From an uncultured Gemmatimonadaceae bacterium (lineage in GTDB: Bacteria; Gemmatimonadota; Gemmatimonadetes; Gemmatimonadales; Gemmatimonadaceae), in contig OY970320.1 in NCBI GenBank assembly GCA_963716745.1, forward strand, positions 832,001 through 896,000: a stretch of DNA of 64,000 bases, written 5' to 3'. A program made the position numbers and the translations under genes. The notes below the pieces were generated by a model. The model was not told where the DNA came from. It worked only from the letters and a program-made list of their open reading frames with translations, and ran no database searches. Positions 42,335 through 53,227 of the stretch are shown piece by piece; within the stretch, counting starts at the first letter, position 1, and the number at the start of each line of letters is the position of its first letter.

Positions 42335-42913
42335 GTGACTACTCACGCTCTTGATCTCGGCGTCCGTCATTTGGATCATGTCCACCTTGAGCGTGACCGG
42401 CGTCGTCGGCTCGTTGGTCTTGGGGTTCTGGGGCAGCTTCGCGATCGCTTCCACGATATCCATTCCCTTGATCACCTGGCCGTAAATCGTGTAGTGGTCG
42501 TCCAGGCGCTTGAGGCCCTTGGGGTTCGTCACAATGTAGAACTGACAGATCGCGGAGAGCTGCCCGGGATTGTCGTCGCGCCCCGCGGCGAATGATCCGT
42601 ACACGTGGCGGATGCTGTCCCGGAATTCCGGCGCGAGCAGATAGGTCGTGTCGTGGAAACCCGCCGGCGTGTCGGGGCAGCCGCCCTGCGCCACGAAATT
42701 CGGCACCACACGATTCAGCGTGAGCGTGTCGAAGTAGTGGGCGTTCGCGAGCTTCATGAAGCCCGCCTTGTGATGCGGCGTCGCGTCGAAGAGCACGACC
42801 AGTATCTCGCCCTGCGGCACGCGGATGCGAACGACATCGTACGTCTTGGCTCCGAGCGCGGCCGCGAGCATCAGCGGAAGCGCGAGCACGAACAGAAATA
42901 GGGTTCGGCGCAT
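42332..42913 (-). CDS. Cyclophilin-type peptidyl-prolyl cis-trans isomerase, secreted
   Basis: 'NRVVPNFVAQGG', 'QFYIV...LDDHYTIYGQVIKGMDIV'. Confidence 0.92.
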   Translation of the reverse strand: MRRTLFLFVLALPLMLAAALGAKTYDVVRIRVPQGEILVVLFDATPHHKAGFMKLANAHYFDTLTLNRVVPNFVAQGGCPDTPAGFHDTTYLLAPEFRDSIRHVYGSFAAGRDDNPGQLSAICQFYIVTNPKGLKRLDDHYTIYGQVIKGMDIVEAIAKLPQNPKTNEPTTPVTLKVDMIQMTDAEIKSVSSH

Positions 42914-42989
42914 TCGCGCGAATAACGCGCCGATCGCGGCCCCTCGCAAGTCGCTTGACCGCACTCGCCGCCCGCGATTGATTCTTCCC

Positions 42990-44387
42990 GTGACCAAGGA
43001 CGAACTCACCGACCTGCTGGCGACGATGAAGATCCTCGCCGGCGTGCCGCGCGAGCAACTCGCGTGGCTCGCGGAGCGTGGCGTTCCGACGAAACTGAAG
43101 AAGGGCGAAGCGCTCGCGACGATCGGCAGCCCGATGATCGGCTTCTGGATCGTGCTCGACGGCCACATCGTGATCCGCGTGGACCGGGGCGCCGGCCCGC
43201 ACAAGGTGATGGAGTGGCACACCGGCGAGATGACCGGGATCATGCCGTACTCGCGCATGACCGGCCCGCCGGGGGAGACGAGAGCCGAGGTGGATTGCGA
43301 GCTCCTGCTCATCAAGAAGGAGTACTTCCCCGCCCTCATTCGCGATTGTTACGACGTCACGAACGCGTGCGTGCACGTCATGATCGACCGCGCCCGCCAC
43401 TTCACCTCGAGCGACATGCACGAGGAGAAGATGGCGTCGCTGGGAAAACTCGCCGCGGGGCTCGCGCATGAACTGAACAATCCGGCGTCGGCGGTCGCGC
43501 GCAGCGCCGAGGGGCTGAGCGACCGGCTGCAGGACGTCGAGAGCGCCGCGCGCGCGCTCGGCGCATTGCGCCTGAATGACGCGCAGCTGCACGCGCTCGA
43601 CCGCGCGCGCGACCTGTGCATGAAGGCGGGCGGCGCGACGTTCGGGAGTTCGGCGCTCGCCCAGAGCGACCGCGAGGACGCGATCACCGAATGGCTCGAG
43701 CGGCGGAATGCGAACGTCACGTCCGCGTACTCGCTCGCCGGATCGTCGGTGACGATCGATGCGCTCGACGAACTCGCCGAGCAGCTCGATGGCGAGGCGC
43801 TCGAGACCGCGCTGCGCTGGCTCGTCGCCGGCTGCACCACATTGCAGCTGGCGAAGGAGGTCGAGGTCGCCGCGAGCAAGATCCACACGCTCGTCGCGGC
43901 CGTGAAAGGCTTCACGTACATGGACCAGGCGTCGATGCCGAAGCCGGTGGATGTGGGCAAGGGCATCACCGACACGCTCGCCGTGCTCAACGCCAAGGCG
44001 CGCGGCCGCAACGTGCAGGTGAAAGTGGAAGTCGAGCCCGACCTCCCGCGCGTGCCCGGCTACGGCGGCGAATTGAACCAGGTGTGGGCGAATCTCGTGG
44101 ACAACGCGCTGGATGTCGCGAAGCAGGACATCGCGATCTCGGCGACGCGGCAGGGGCGCAACGTGGTCGTGCGCGTAACCGACGATGGACCCGGGATCCC
44201 CGACGAGATCCGCGCGCGGATCTTCGATCCCTTCTTCACGACGAAGCCCGTGGGCAAAGGCACCGGGCTCGGCCTCGACATCGCGCGCCGTCTCGTGCGG
44301 CATCACCAGGGGGAGATCGCCGTCGAGTCGCACCCCGGCCGCACGGAATTCACCGTGACGCTGCCGGTGGACGCGGGAGCCGTGTGA
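42990..44387 (+). CDS. Sensor histidine kinase with N-terminal cNMP-binding-like domain
   Basis: 'LAHELNNP', '[11 protein letters not shown]', 'DDGPGIP', '[15 protein letters not shown]'. Confidence 0.93.
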   Translation: MTKDELTDLLATMKILAGVPREQLAWLAERGVPTKLKKGEALATIGSPMIGFWIVLDGHIVIRVDRGAGPHKVMEWHTGEMTGIMPYSRMTGPPGETRAEVDCELLLIKKEYFPALIRDCYDVTNACVHVMIDRARHFTSSDMHEEKMASLGKLAAGLAHELNNPASAVARSAEGLSDRLQDVESAARALGALRLNDAQLHALDRARDLCMKAGGATFGSSALAQSDREDAITEWLERRNANVTSAYSLAGSSVTIDALDELAEQLDGEALETALRWLVAGCTTLQLAKEVEVAASKIHTLVAAVKGFTYMDQASMPKPVDVGKGITDTLAVLNAKARGRNVQVKVEVEPDLPRVPGYGGELNQVWANLVDNALDVAKQDIAISATRQGRNVVVRVTDDGPGIPDEIRARIFDPFFTTKPVGKGTGLGLDIARRLVRHHQGEIAVESHPGRTEFTVTLPVDAGAV

Positions 44388-44388
44388 G

Positions 44389-46051
44389 ATGACGAAGCCC
44401 GTGATCCTCACGGTGGACGATGATGCCGAAGTGCTCGCGGCGATCGAGCGCGATCTGCGGCAGCAGTACAAGAACGACTACCGGATCATCAAGGCGGGCT
44501 CGGGCCAGGATGCGCTCGAGGCGGCGCGCGAACTCAAGCAGCGCGGCACGGCCGTGGCGCTGTTCCTCGTGGACCAGCGCATGCCGGCCATGACCGGCGT
44601 CGAGTTCCTGCGCGAGGCGCGGAAGCTGCATCCCGACGCGCGCAAGGTGCTGCTCACCGCGTATGCCGACACGACGGCGGCGATCGAGAGCATCAACGAG
44701 GTGGGGCTCGATCATTATCTCATGAAGCCGTGGTCGCCGCCCGCGGAGCGGCTGTATCCGGTGATCGACGAGTTGCTCTCCGAATGGACCGCGCACGTGC
44801 GGCTCCCCTTCGACGGCCTCCGCGTGCTCGGCGCGCGCTGGTCGCGGCAGTGCTACGCGGCCAAGGAATTCCTCTCGCGCAATCACGTGCCGTACCAGTG
44901 GATCGACATCGACCAGGACGCGCCAATGCGCGAGCTGGCGATCTCGCTCACTGGCGATGTCACCAAGCTGCCGGTGGTGCTCTTCGCCGACGGCACGAAC
45001 CTCGTACAGCCATCGAACATCGAGCTCGCGAAGAAGGCCGGACTCCGCACGACCGCCGACAAGCCGTTCTACGATCTCATCATCATCGGCGGCGGACCGG
45101 CCGGGCTCGCGAACGCGGTGTACGGCGCGAGCGAAGGATTGCGCACAGTACTGATCGAGCAGAGCGCGCCCGGCGGACAGGCGGGCACGAGTTCGCGCAT
45201 CGAGAATTATCTCGGCTTCCCCAGCGGCATCTCCGGCGCCGATCTGGCGCAGCGTGCCACGACGCAGGCGCGCCGCTTCGGCGCCGAGATCCTCACGGCG
45301 CAGGAAGTGGTGAGCGTGCGCCGCGAGGACCCGTATCGCATCGTGAAGCTCGCGGACGGGAGCGAGGTGAGCGGGTACGCGGTGCTGCTCTCGACCGGAA
45401 TGGCGGTGAAGAAGTTCGAAGTGCCGGGCATCGATCCGCTGGTCGGCGCCGGCGTGTACTACGGCGCGGCGACCACCGAGGCGGCGGCGTACCGCGGCCA
45501 GGACGTGTGCATCATCGGCGGCGCGAATTCCGCGGGCCAGGGCGCGCTGTTCTTCTCACGCCACGCGCGAAAGGTCGTGATGATCGTGCGCGCGGCGGGG
45601 CTCGAGAAATCAATGTCGCAGTACCTCGTGGCGCGCATCAAGGCCACCGAGAACATCGAGGTGCTGCCGCACGCGGAGGTGAGCTGCGGTGCACGGCGAC
45701 GGCCGCCTCGAGCGCGTGACGACGAAGAACGTCGAGACGGCTGCCGAGTCAACGATCCAGACGGCGGCGATGTTCATCTTCATCGGCGTGGCGCCGCGCA
45801 CGGAGATGTTCGCGGGCTTCGTGGACCGGGATGAGGCAGGATTCGTGGTCACGGGTCCGGACTTGAAGCGTGTGAGCGGCAAGCCGGTGGGATGGACATT
45901 GGACCGGGATCCATTCGTATTCGAGACGAGCGTGCCGGGAGTGTTCGCGGCAGGGGATGTGCGATCCGGCGCGAATCGACGAGTGGCGGCAGCGGTGGGA
46001 GAAGGATCGGCGGCGATATACACGATCCATCGGTACTTGGAGACTGTATAG
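44389..46051 (+). CDS. Response regulator receiver-thioredoxin reductase-like fusion (frameshift near 45686)
   Basis: REC 'TVDDD...VDQRMP...LLTAY...MKPW'; FAD site GGGPAG; NADPH site GGANSA; 'ETSVPGVFAAGDVR'. Confidence 0.92.
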
Positions 46052-46056
46052 CCTAA

Positions 46057-46287
46057 AACGGCGTGAGTACCGAGTCGTGCGTGTTCGACCACTGACGGCG
46101 TGAGTACTGAGTCGTGCGTGTTCGACCACAAACTTCGTGAGTACCAAGTCGTGCGTAACTCGGCACTCACGTACTCAGTGGTCGAAGACGCACGACTCGG
46201 TACTCACGCACTCAGTGGTCGAACACGCACGACTCGGCACTCACGCACTCAGTGGTCGAACACGCACGACTCGGTACTCACGCCGTT
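46057..46287. repeat. Palindromic element family G (37-bp units)
   Basis: AACGGCgtgagtaccgagtcgtgcgtgttcgaccac...gtggtcgaacacgcacgactcggtactcacGCCGTT; second copy of 10517-10792. Confidence 0.92.
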
Positions 46288-46288
46288 C

Positions 46289-48953
46289 TTAGAGCCCAAA
46301 CCAGTAAGTCGCCTTTATCTCGAACGTGTTCATCGGGTGCACCGAGAACATTGAGTTCACATCCGACCCCGGCGCGAATCCCGAATACGCTTGATCGTAA
46401 TTGTACACGTTCCGCCCGTGGGTCCACACCACGTACAACGTCGATCCGCTCCGGTATTCCCATCGCAGCACGGTGTTCACGTTCAGCTGCTGATAATCGA
46501 AATTGTAGCACGCCACGGTGACCGTAGTGCACGTGCCAAGGTCGGGGTTGTCCTCGGGGATCGGCGTGTACGGGACGTACTCCTTGCTGTACTCCGGCGA
46601 GCGCGGGTCGCCCACCTTCCGCCAATTGTCATAGCGGCCGTCGCTCAGATACGGCTGCGCGTAGAACTGCAGCGTCAGCCGCGGCGTGAACGTCGCATCG
46701 AGGCGCACGATCGCGCTCATCGTGTTCTGATGCAGCGTCGCGATCGTGTAGATCGACTCGGCGGCTAGCGGCGTGCTCGGCGGATAGTGGATGTAGTTCG
46801 CGACCCAATTCACATAGTCCACATCCAGCGCGTATTGCAGCGCGAGCGAAATGCTCAGGCTGCTCGACATGTGATACAGCACGCTCGGCGGAGATGTTGT
46901 AGCCGTGCGATAGGCCACCCGACCCGTCGTAGAGCGAAAAGCCGATACTCGGCACCGCGTTCAGGCGCGGATCGCCCTCGATGTTGAACCATCCATCGTG
47001 ATAGGGGTGTCCGCGCAGCGCCGGCCCGCCGCGCGCCTTGCGATCATCGTACGCGACGAGGAAGCGGTACACATCGCCGCCGGTGTGGATCCACCAGCTG
47101 TTCAGGAATTGCACGTCCGCGCTCACGTACGCGGTGTTGTTGTTCATGTAGGTGCTCGAGAGTCCCTGCGTGGTCCAGCCGTTCGTCTCGCCCAAGTCGA
47201 GGTACATCTGGCGGTAGAACGAACCCGGCTGCGTGATGTCGGTGGAGATGACGTTGTTCCACGCCATCACGCCCGCTTCCTTCAGGTAGCCGAGGTCGTT
47301 GATCTCGAGCCCGGGGCTCACGCGCCCGAAGTTCGTGTTGAAGCGAAGGATGCCGCCGCCGATCTTGCCGAAGCTGATCTTCTCCGCGTCGCCGGTGAGC
47401 GAGGTGCGCGTCGTGTCATAGACGAGTCCGCTGCCGGGGCGCTGGTAGTAGTGCGTACTGTTCGCTTGCGTGAGCGCCATGGCCTGCGGGGAGCCCGACA
47501 CATAACTGCTCACCACCGATCCGGACAGCTGGTACTCACGCGAGCCGAACTCGGTGGTGAAATGCACGCCGCCGACATAGGCGGCGTCGCGCAGCGAGTC
47601 CACCGTGAACGCGTCGAGTTGCCGGTTCGTCGCGGTGACCATCGCGCCGATCTGCGTCTGGCCGTCGCGGAATTCCTGGATCATTTGCGCGGCGAAGTAA
47701 TTCGCCGGCGGCTCGGAGGTGCTCTGCGTGGGGTCGTCGTTCACTTCGCGCGCGGTGAGCGCGTCGAGCACGCCCACCGACAGCCCGCCGTCGGTGCGCC
47801 CGGTGAGCTTGGCGGCACCGTAGATCGACGTGACCGTCGGCGATCCGGCGCCGCCGTCGGTGAGCTGCGGCTGGCGGCCGATGCGGCGCGAATAGAACAG
47901 CCCGCTGCAGGAACCCATGTTGCAGTTCATATCGAAGCGAAAGATGCCGGTCCCTTCGAGGAAGAACGGCCGGCGCTCGGGCAGGAAGGTCTCGAAATTC
48001 GAGAGATTGAGCACCGCGGGGTCGGATTCCACCTGGCCGAAATCCGGATTCACGGTACCGTCGAGCGTGAGGTTGCTCGTGATCCCCCACTTGATGTCGC
48101 CGCCCACGGCGTATTGCTGCTCGCGACCGAACGTGCTGTCCGACGGGCCGCCGCTCGTGCCTCCCGCGTGCGGGAAGGTGATGCTCTTCGCCACGCCGTA
48201 CGGGACGATCTCGAGATGCGGCGCGGTGCCCAGGCCGTCGATGCCGGAGAGCTCGCCGAATTGCGACGCGATCCCGGCGTGACTCATGCGATACACCGGC
48301 CAGCTGTCCTTCTCATTGAAACGCGCGATCTCGCGCGCGATCGCCAGGCCGAACGTGACGTGTGACTTGCGCGTGAAGCGCAGCTGATCGAAGGGGATCC
48401 GGAACTCCGCGGTCCAGCCGAGCGAGTCCACGTTCGTTGCGACATCCCAGATGCCGTCCCAGGATTCGTCCTCGTCGAGATCGTTGTACGTGTACAGATC
48501 GCGCTTCACACCGCGCGGATTCACCGCGAACTCGTAGCCGGTGCGCTTGTCGTGGTAGGAGTCGACGAGGATCTTGATCCAGTCCGACTGCGAATGGAAG
48601 TCGCGCCGGCCGAGCAGGCCGACGATGCTGTCGGGATGCGGATCGTACATGCGCACGAAGACGTAGAGATACCGGTCGTCGTACACGACTTTGGCCGACG
48701 TGCGGAACGTCGGATCGCCATCTTCCTGGGGCGAATACTGGCGGAAGCTTTCGATGATCTGCGCCTGCGCCCAGATCGGATCGTCGTCGATCCCGTCGAG
48801 CACGGGCGCGAGCGGCGCGCGTGTGGCGCTGGCAGCAACCCCGCTGGCCGGCGGCCGCGGCGGCGGCGCGGGAATGTCGATGCTGACGCGCGTCGCCTGT
48901 GCGGCAGCGGCGAAGGGAACGAGCATAGCGAACAGGAAAGAACCGCGACGCAT
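46289..48953 (-). CDS. DUF5916/CBM9-like outer-membrane protein (frameshift near 46885)
   Basis: 'DESWDGIW...GWTAEFRIPF', 'TVNPDFGQVESDPAVLNLS.FETF.PERRPFFLEG', 'LFYSRRIG'. Confidence 0.9.
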
Positions 48954-48983
48954 GAGGGAATCTAACGCGGACGCGGTTGGACT

Positions 48984-49007
48984 GCGCGTTTCAGCGGTAC
49001 TAAGGGC
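48984..49007. repeat. Family H right half
   Basis: gcgcgtttcagcggtactaagggc resembles 42284-42308. Confidence 0.6.
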
Positions 49008-49019
49008 TACTCACGCCTG

Positions 49020-49927
49020 CTAATGGTGACATTGCGCTCCCACCGCCCCATTAAGCGCCGCTACCACTCGATCTGTGAGATCGAAATTCGCGAATGCCGT
49101 GAACGAATCCTCGATCATGTTCCCCGCGACATTGCTGAGCTGTTGCGGCAGCGGATCCAGATGCAGCGCGCCAATGCGCCAGATCTGATGCACCTGGCCC
49201 ATGCTGCCGATCTTGCACTGCTCGAGATCGAGCACGGGATCGAAGTGCAATTCGTAGCGCACATTGTCGGCGCCTCCGCTCACGCCCACGGCGCCGCTGA
49301 AATGACAGGGCTGCATCACGTCGCTCGGATCGGGGCGGAAGCGCAGACTGAATGCGTTCATCGCGACATGCGCAACGGTAAAGGTCAGCACGAGGCCATC
49401 ACCAGCCACGCGCAGATCGGGATCGGGAACGGTCAGTGAGAATTCGCCGGCGTTCACCTTCACTCCGAGGCAGCTGCTGACCATGTACTTGTGGCCGGCC
49501 AGCAGCGAAGTCTGGATCTCGAATCCCTTGAGCGTCATTCACGGCCGCCTTGATGTAGTCGCCGATCTTCGGATCATCTCTGAGCCGCTCGTGCCTGCCC
49601 ATGCGTGTGCGGCGGACTCGCCATGAAGCCGCGGGGCTGCGGCACGACATGCGGATCGGTCTGTCCGTGCGCATTCTCGCTGTCCGCCGACTGGACGCCG
49701 CGAATCGCGCCCATCGTTGTCCCATCAGTAGGCGTGACGTTGGTGTTGACCTTCATCGCGTCGAACGACGGGGTGCTGCCCGTCGCGGTCGTGGTCGGAT
49801 GACTTCCCGTCTTCGGGGCGGGAGCCGGTGCCGCGGGCTTGGCCGTTCCCTGCGCGAGTGCCATGAGCGGCGCCAGCGCAAAGGAGACGAGCAATGCAAG
49901 ACGTGGCGGGATCCGGGAGAGTGTCAT
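49020..49927 (-). CDS. Secreted hypothetical protein (probably one gene with two frameshifts near 49595 and 49538)
   Basis: Signal peptide ...ALAQ, low-complexity linker, Cys-containing C-terminal domain. Could instead be two genes. Confidence 0.6.
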
Positions 49928-49943
49928 TGGCTCGATCCTTGAG

Positions 49944-51353
49944 TCAGGGTGCCTGTGCGGGAGGGTTCTGGAGCGCCGTGTCGGCGAGCTGAGTGAATCC
50001 GTGCAGCGTCGCCGCGAGATCGGTGAGCGAAGTCTCGGGCGCGTGCGCGTCGCCGCTCTGCTTGAGGGCGGCGAACGCACTCTTCGCAGCTGCGGCTTGA
50101 ACGGGCAGTGCGTCCGCCGTGTGGAGTCCGATCAGCACGAGATTGAGATTCCGGTACCTGGCGATGTAGTCGGGCATGAAATGGGCGGCCGTATCGAACG
50201 CGAGTTGCGCCGTGCTGATGCGCTTCGCATCGAGCGATGTGCTCGCGACCGTGAGCTTCTCCATCGCTCCCGCGAAGGCCGTCGGCGGCGGCCCGAATAT
50301 CGGGGCAGCGAGCGCCTGCGGGCGCGAGTACGAGTGCGGCACCACGTGGTACGCGTAGATCATGCCGTGATTGCTCACGACGTACACGCGGTCACGCCGG
50401 GGCGCCGAGATCGCGCGCGGCGACGTCGGGAACGCGAAGATGCGCGACGTCCATCGCGCGCCACCGTCGGCGGTGTAGCTCAATTGCGTCTCGTAGAGGG
50501 AGAACGCGACTTGTGGGTCCGCAAAGGTCAGGCTGTGCGAACCGGCCTTCCCCGGCATGCCATGCCATGTCGCCCCGCCATCGCTCGACGTGGAGATCTG
50601 GCCGTGCGCATCGCAGAGCACCCCGTGCAACGCGTCGGTGAACGTGATCTCTCCGCCCACTCCATTAATGGGATCGTCGATCTGAGGACCGTCGCCGAGT
50701 ATGACGGTCCAGCTGTCGCCGCCGTTGATGGTCTTCGCGATAAAGACCTTGTCCTTCAGATCGCGGTTCCCGCCGAGCGCGAAGCCGACGTCGGCCGAAA
50801 CGAAACTCAGGCTCAAGAGCGTGCACTCGACGCCCTGCACAGCGCACGTGAACGCCTCGCGCCAATCCTTTCCGCCATTCTTCGTCACGAAGATCTGCGC
50901 GCCCACGAGTGCGGCGCCGTGCATTGGCGACGTGAACGCGTAGTCCGAGTACGTATTCGAGAAGACATGCGGGATCGCGCCGATCCGCTCCCAGTGCTCG
51001 CCGTCGGTCGTGCGAAGCAACTTGCTGTCGGTTTGCGGGAACCGTTCCGTCGCCCAGCCGTGCTGCGCGTCGATGAAGCGCAGTCCGTCGAGCGGGTTCT
51101 CAGCGGCGGCGGGGTCGCCGCCGAGCTGCGCGGTCCAATGCGCGCCGCCATCGGTGGTGTGAATGATCGTGCCGTGGTCGCCCGCGACCCAACCGACCAG
51201 CGGCGTGACGAAGAACACCGAGCCGAAATCGATGTCCTGGGAATAGTTCACCGGCTCCCAGATCGCCTTATCCGGATGCGCCGCGGCCTGCGCTCCGGCG
51301 CTCACCGCGAGCGCGAGGATCGCGCCGGCGGCGATGAGGTGGCGCGTCATCAT
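49944..51353 (-). CDS. Ycf48-like/BNR beta-propeller secreted protein with helical C-terminal domain
   Basis: 'GWVAGDHGTIIHTTDGGAHW', repeated T.DGG..W; overlaps the stop of the upstream gene. Confidence 0.85.
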   Translation of the reverse strand: MMTRHLIAAGAILALAVSAGAQAAAHPDKAIWEPVNYSQDIDFGSVFFVTPLVGWVAGDHGTIIHTTDGGAHWTAQLGGDPAAAENPLDGLRFIDAQHGWATERFPQTDSKLLRTTDGEHWERIGAIPHVFSNTYSDYAFTSPMHGAALVGAQIFVTKNGGKDWREAFTCAVQGVECTLLSLSFVSADVGFALGGNRDLKDKVFIAKTINGGDSWTVILGDGPQIDDPINGVGGEITFTDALHGVLCDAHGQISTSSDGGATWHGMPGKAGSHSLTFADPQVAFSLYETQLSYTADGGARWTSRIFAFPTSPRAISAPRRDRVYVVSNHGMIYAYHVVPHSYSRPQALAAPIFGPPPTAFAGAMEKLTVASTSLDAKRISTAQLAFDTAAHFMPDYIARYRNLNLVLIGLHTADALPVQAAAAKSAFAALKQSGDAHAPETSLTDLAATLHGFTQLADTALQNPPAQAP

Positions 51354-51952
51354 GAGCACACGCACGTCCAGCTGTAGGTGGCGTCCGACCCGTCGGGGTT
51401 CTTCCCGGAGGTGGTCATCGTCGCGAGCGGCACACACGTGTGGCCGCCCTGCGGGAACGTGCTCGCGGCCACGGCATTGCAGCCGGCGATGTGTGCGTCG
51501 TACTCGATCTGCGGCGGACCCACCTTCATCCCGGTGGGACCGATCTTCGTGATCACTCCGCAGCACGCCGTGACGCCGTTCACCGACACCCTGCCGTGCG
51601 CGTTCGCCCAGATCTGCTGGCCAACGTGCAGCGTCGCCGCTCCCTTCTGCGCGTCGATCGGCCCGAAGCCCAATGCCGGCTGCAGCTTCGCTCCATCCAC
51701 GGGACCAAGGCCATCCACGGGGCCGACGCCGAGCTTGGGGTCGAACCAGCCGAACATGAAGTGAAAGGTGGCGCCGGTCGCGATCACCTTCGCGGTGACG
51801 ACGCCGGTGCGCGCATCCACGGACACGACGTCGCAACATGCCAAAGGCTTGAGCGCGCCCGTCTTCTGCGGGATCTGCGCACCGGCGAGCGACGCCGCGC
51901 TCACTGCAGCGCAAGCCAAGAGCGATCCGATCACGATACGAGTGCATGTCAT
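51350..51952 (-). CDS. Secreted Cys-rich hypothetical protein with GP(V/I)D(G/A) repeats
   Basis: RBS GGAGG, signal peptide, two CC pairs, C-terminal CxC. Confidence 0.75.
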   Translation of the reverse strand: MTCTRIVIGSLLACAAVSAASLAGAQIPQKTGALKPLACCDVVSVDARTGVVTAKVIATGATFHFMFGWFDPKLGVGPVDGLGPVDGAKLQPALGFGPIDAQKGAATLHVGQQIWANAHGRVSVNGVTACCGVITKIGPTGMKVGPPQIEYDAHIAGCNAVAASTFPQGGHTCVPLATMTTSGKNPDGSDATYSWTCVCS

Positions 51953-52028
51953 GGTGGCCTTCCTCCAATGAGTGGCGGGTCATACGTTCGTTCTGCGCGA
52001 AACAGTCTTCCCTCCCGCCTGTATCTCT

Positions 52029-52622
52029 ATGTCGCCGACCGGCCGGGACCGTTACACGCAGGATCGGCCGCCCGGCGCGGAACTCCCCGCCGAACAGGAG
52101 CTCGTCGAGCGCTTCTGGGGTCGCGTGTGCGTGATGGCAGCGCGGCGGCTGCGCGACCCCGCCGCGGCTCAGGATGTGGCGCAGGAAACTCTCCGCCGCG
52201 TGGTGGACGCCATGCGCGCCGGGCGCATCGAGAATCCCGCGGCGCTGCCGGCCTTCGTGTTCCAGACAGCACGCCACATCTGCCTGCATTCGTACCGCTC
52301 CGAAGGGCGCGAGGAACGCGCACTCACGCGGATGAATGCCGAGGGCGACACGCCGGACGACATTCCGAATGCGCTCGGCGCGCTCATTTCCGCGGAGGAC
52401 CGGCTGGCCGTGCGCGGAGCTATGGCGCAACTCACCGAACCGGAGCGTGCGCTGCTCACGATGCTTTACTTCGACGGCCGCGCCACCGACGCCGTTGCCG
52501 CGACACTACAGATCACGCCCGGTGCTCTGCGGGTGAGAAAACACCGCGCGCTCGCCCACCTCGCTGAGCTCATGGGACGCGAAGTGGATGTGAAACGCTC
52601 ACCGCCCATCGGGAACCTATAG
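52029..52622 (+). CDS. ECF RNA polymerase sigma factor
   Basis: 'AAQDVAQETL...LPAFVFQTARHI'; region 4 'LQITPGALRVRKHRAL'. Confidence 0.9.
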   Translation: MSPTGRDRYTQDRPPGAELPAEQELVERFWGRVCVMAARRLRDPAAAQDVAQETLRRVVDAMRAGRIENPAALPAFVFQTARHICLHSYRSEGREERALTRMNAEGDTPDDIPNALGALISAEDRLAVRGAMAQLTEPERALLTMLYFDGRATDAVAATLQITPGALRVRKHRALAHLAELMGREVDVKRSPPIGNL

Positions 52623-52624
52623 TC

Positions 52625-53227
52625 ATGGCCGATACCCCTCTCACCTGCGAGATCGTCGACCGCGACGATATCGACCAGCGCTATCTCGCCGGCACGCTGT
52701 CGCCGGACGAAGCCGACGCCTTCGAGGAGCATTTCTTCGGATGCGAGCGCTGCTGGGCATTGGTGCAGCGCGGACTCGCGGTGCGCGCGGCAGGGAATGT
52801 GGGCATGCCCGTCGCGAACGCTCGACGCGCCCCGCGGCCCCAATGGTGGATCGGGCTCGCGGCAGCCGGCGTGCTCGCGGCATCAGTGGCGCTCTGGTAT
52901 TCATCCCGCGGGCGTGCGTTCGATGGCGGGGACGCCGCGCGCGGCTCAGCGGTGGCGATCGGTGCGTCGGCCCTCGTGCGCGGTGATTCGGTGATCGTTG
53001 CCTGGCATCGCGTGGCCGACGCGAGCGACTATCGTGTGCGGATATCGGCCCCGGACGGATCGCCGCTGCTCGAGCGGGTGGTGAGCGATTCCTCGCTCAC
53101 GATCCCCCGCACCGCGCTCGACGGAGCCTCGCCTGAATCGGCATTCGTCAGTGTGATGGCGCGCGATGCCCTCGCGCACCCGCTCGCGCAATCCGCGCTC
53201 ACGCCGCTCGCGCTGCCACGCCGCTGA
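52625..53227 (+). CDS. zf-HC2 transmembrane anti-sigma factor
   Basis: 'YLAGTLS...FEEHFFGCERC', TM helix, extracytoplasmic beta-rich domain. Confidence 0.88.
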   Translation: MADTPLTCEIVDRDDIDQRYLAGTLSPDEADAFEEHFFGCERCWALVQRGLAVRAAGNVGMPVANARRAPRPQWWIGLAAAGVLAASVALWYSSRGRAFDGGDAARGSAVAIGASALVRGDSVIVAWHRVADASDYRVRISAPDGSPLLERVVSDSSLTIPRTALDGASPESAFVSVMARDALAHPLAQSALTPLALPRR

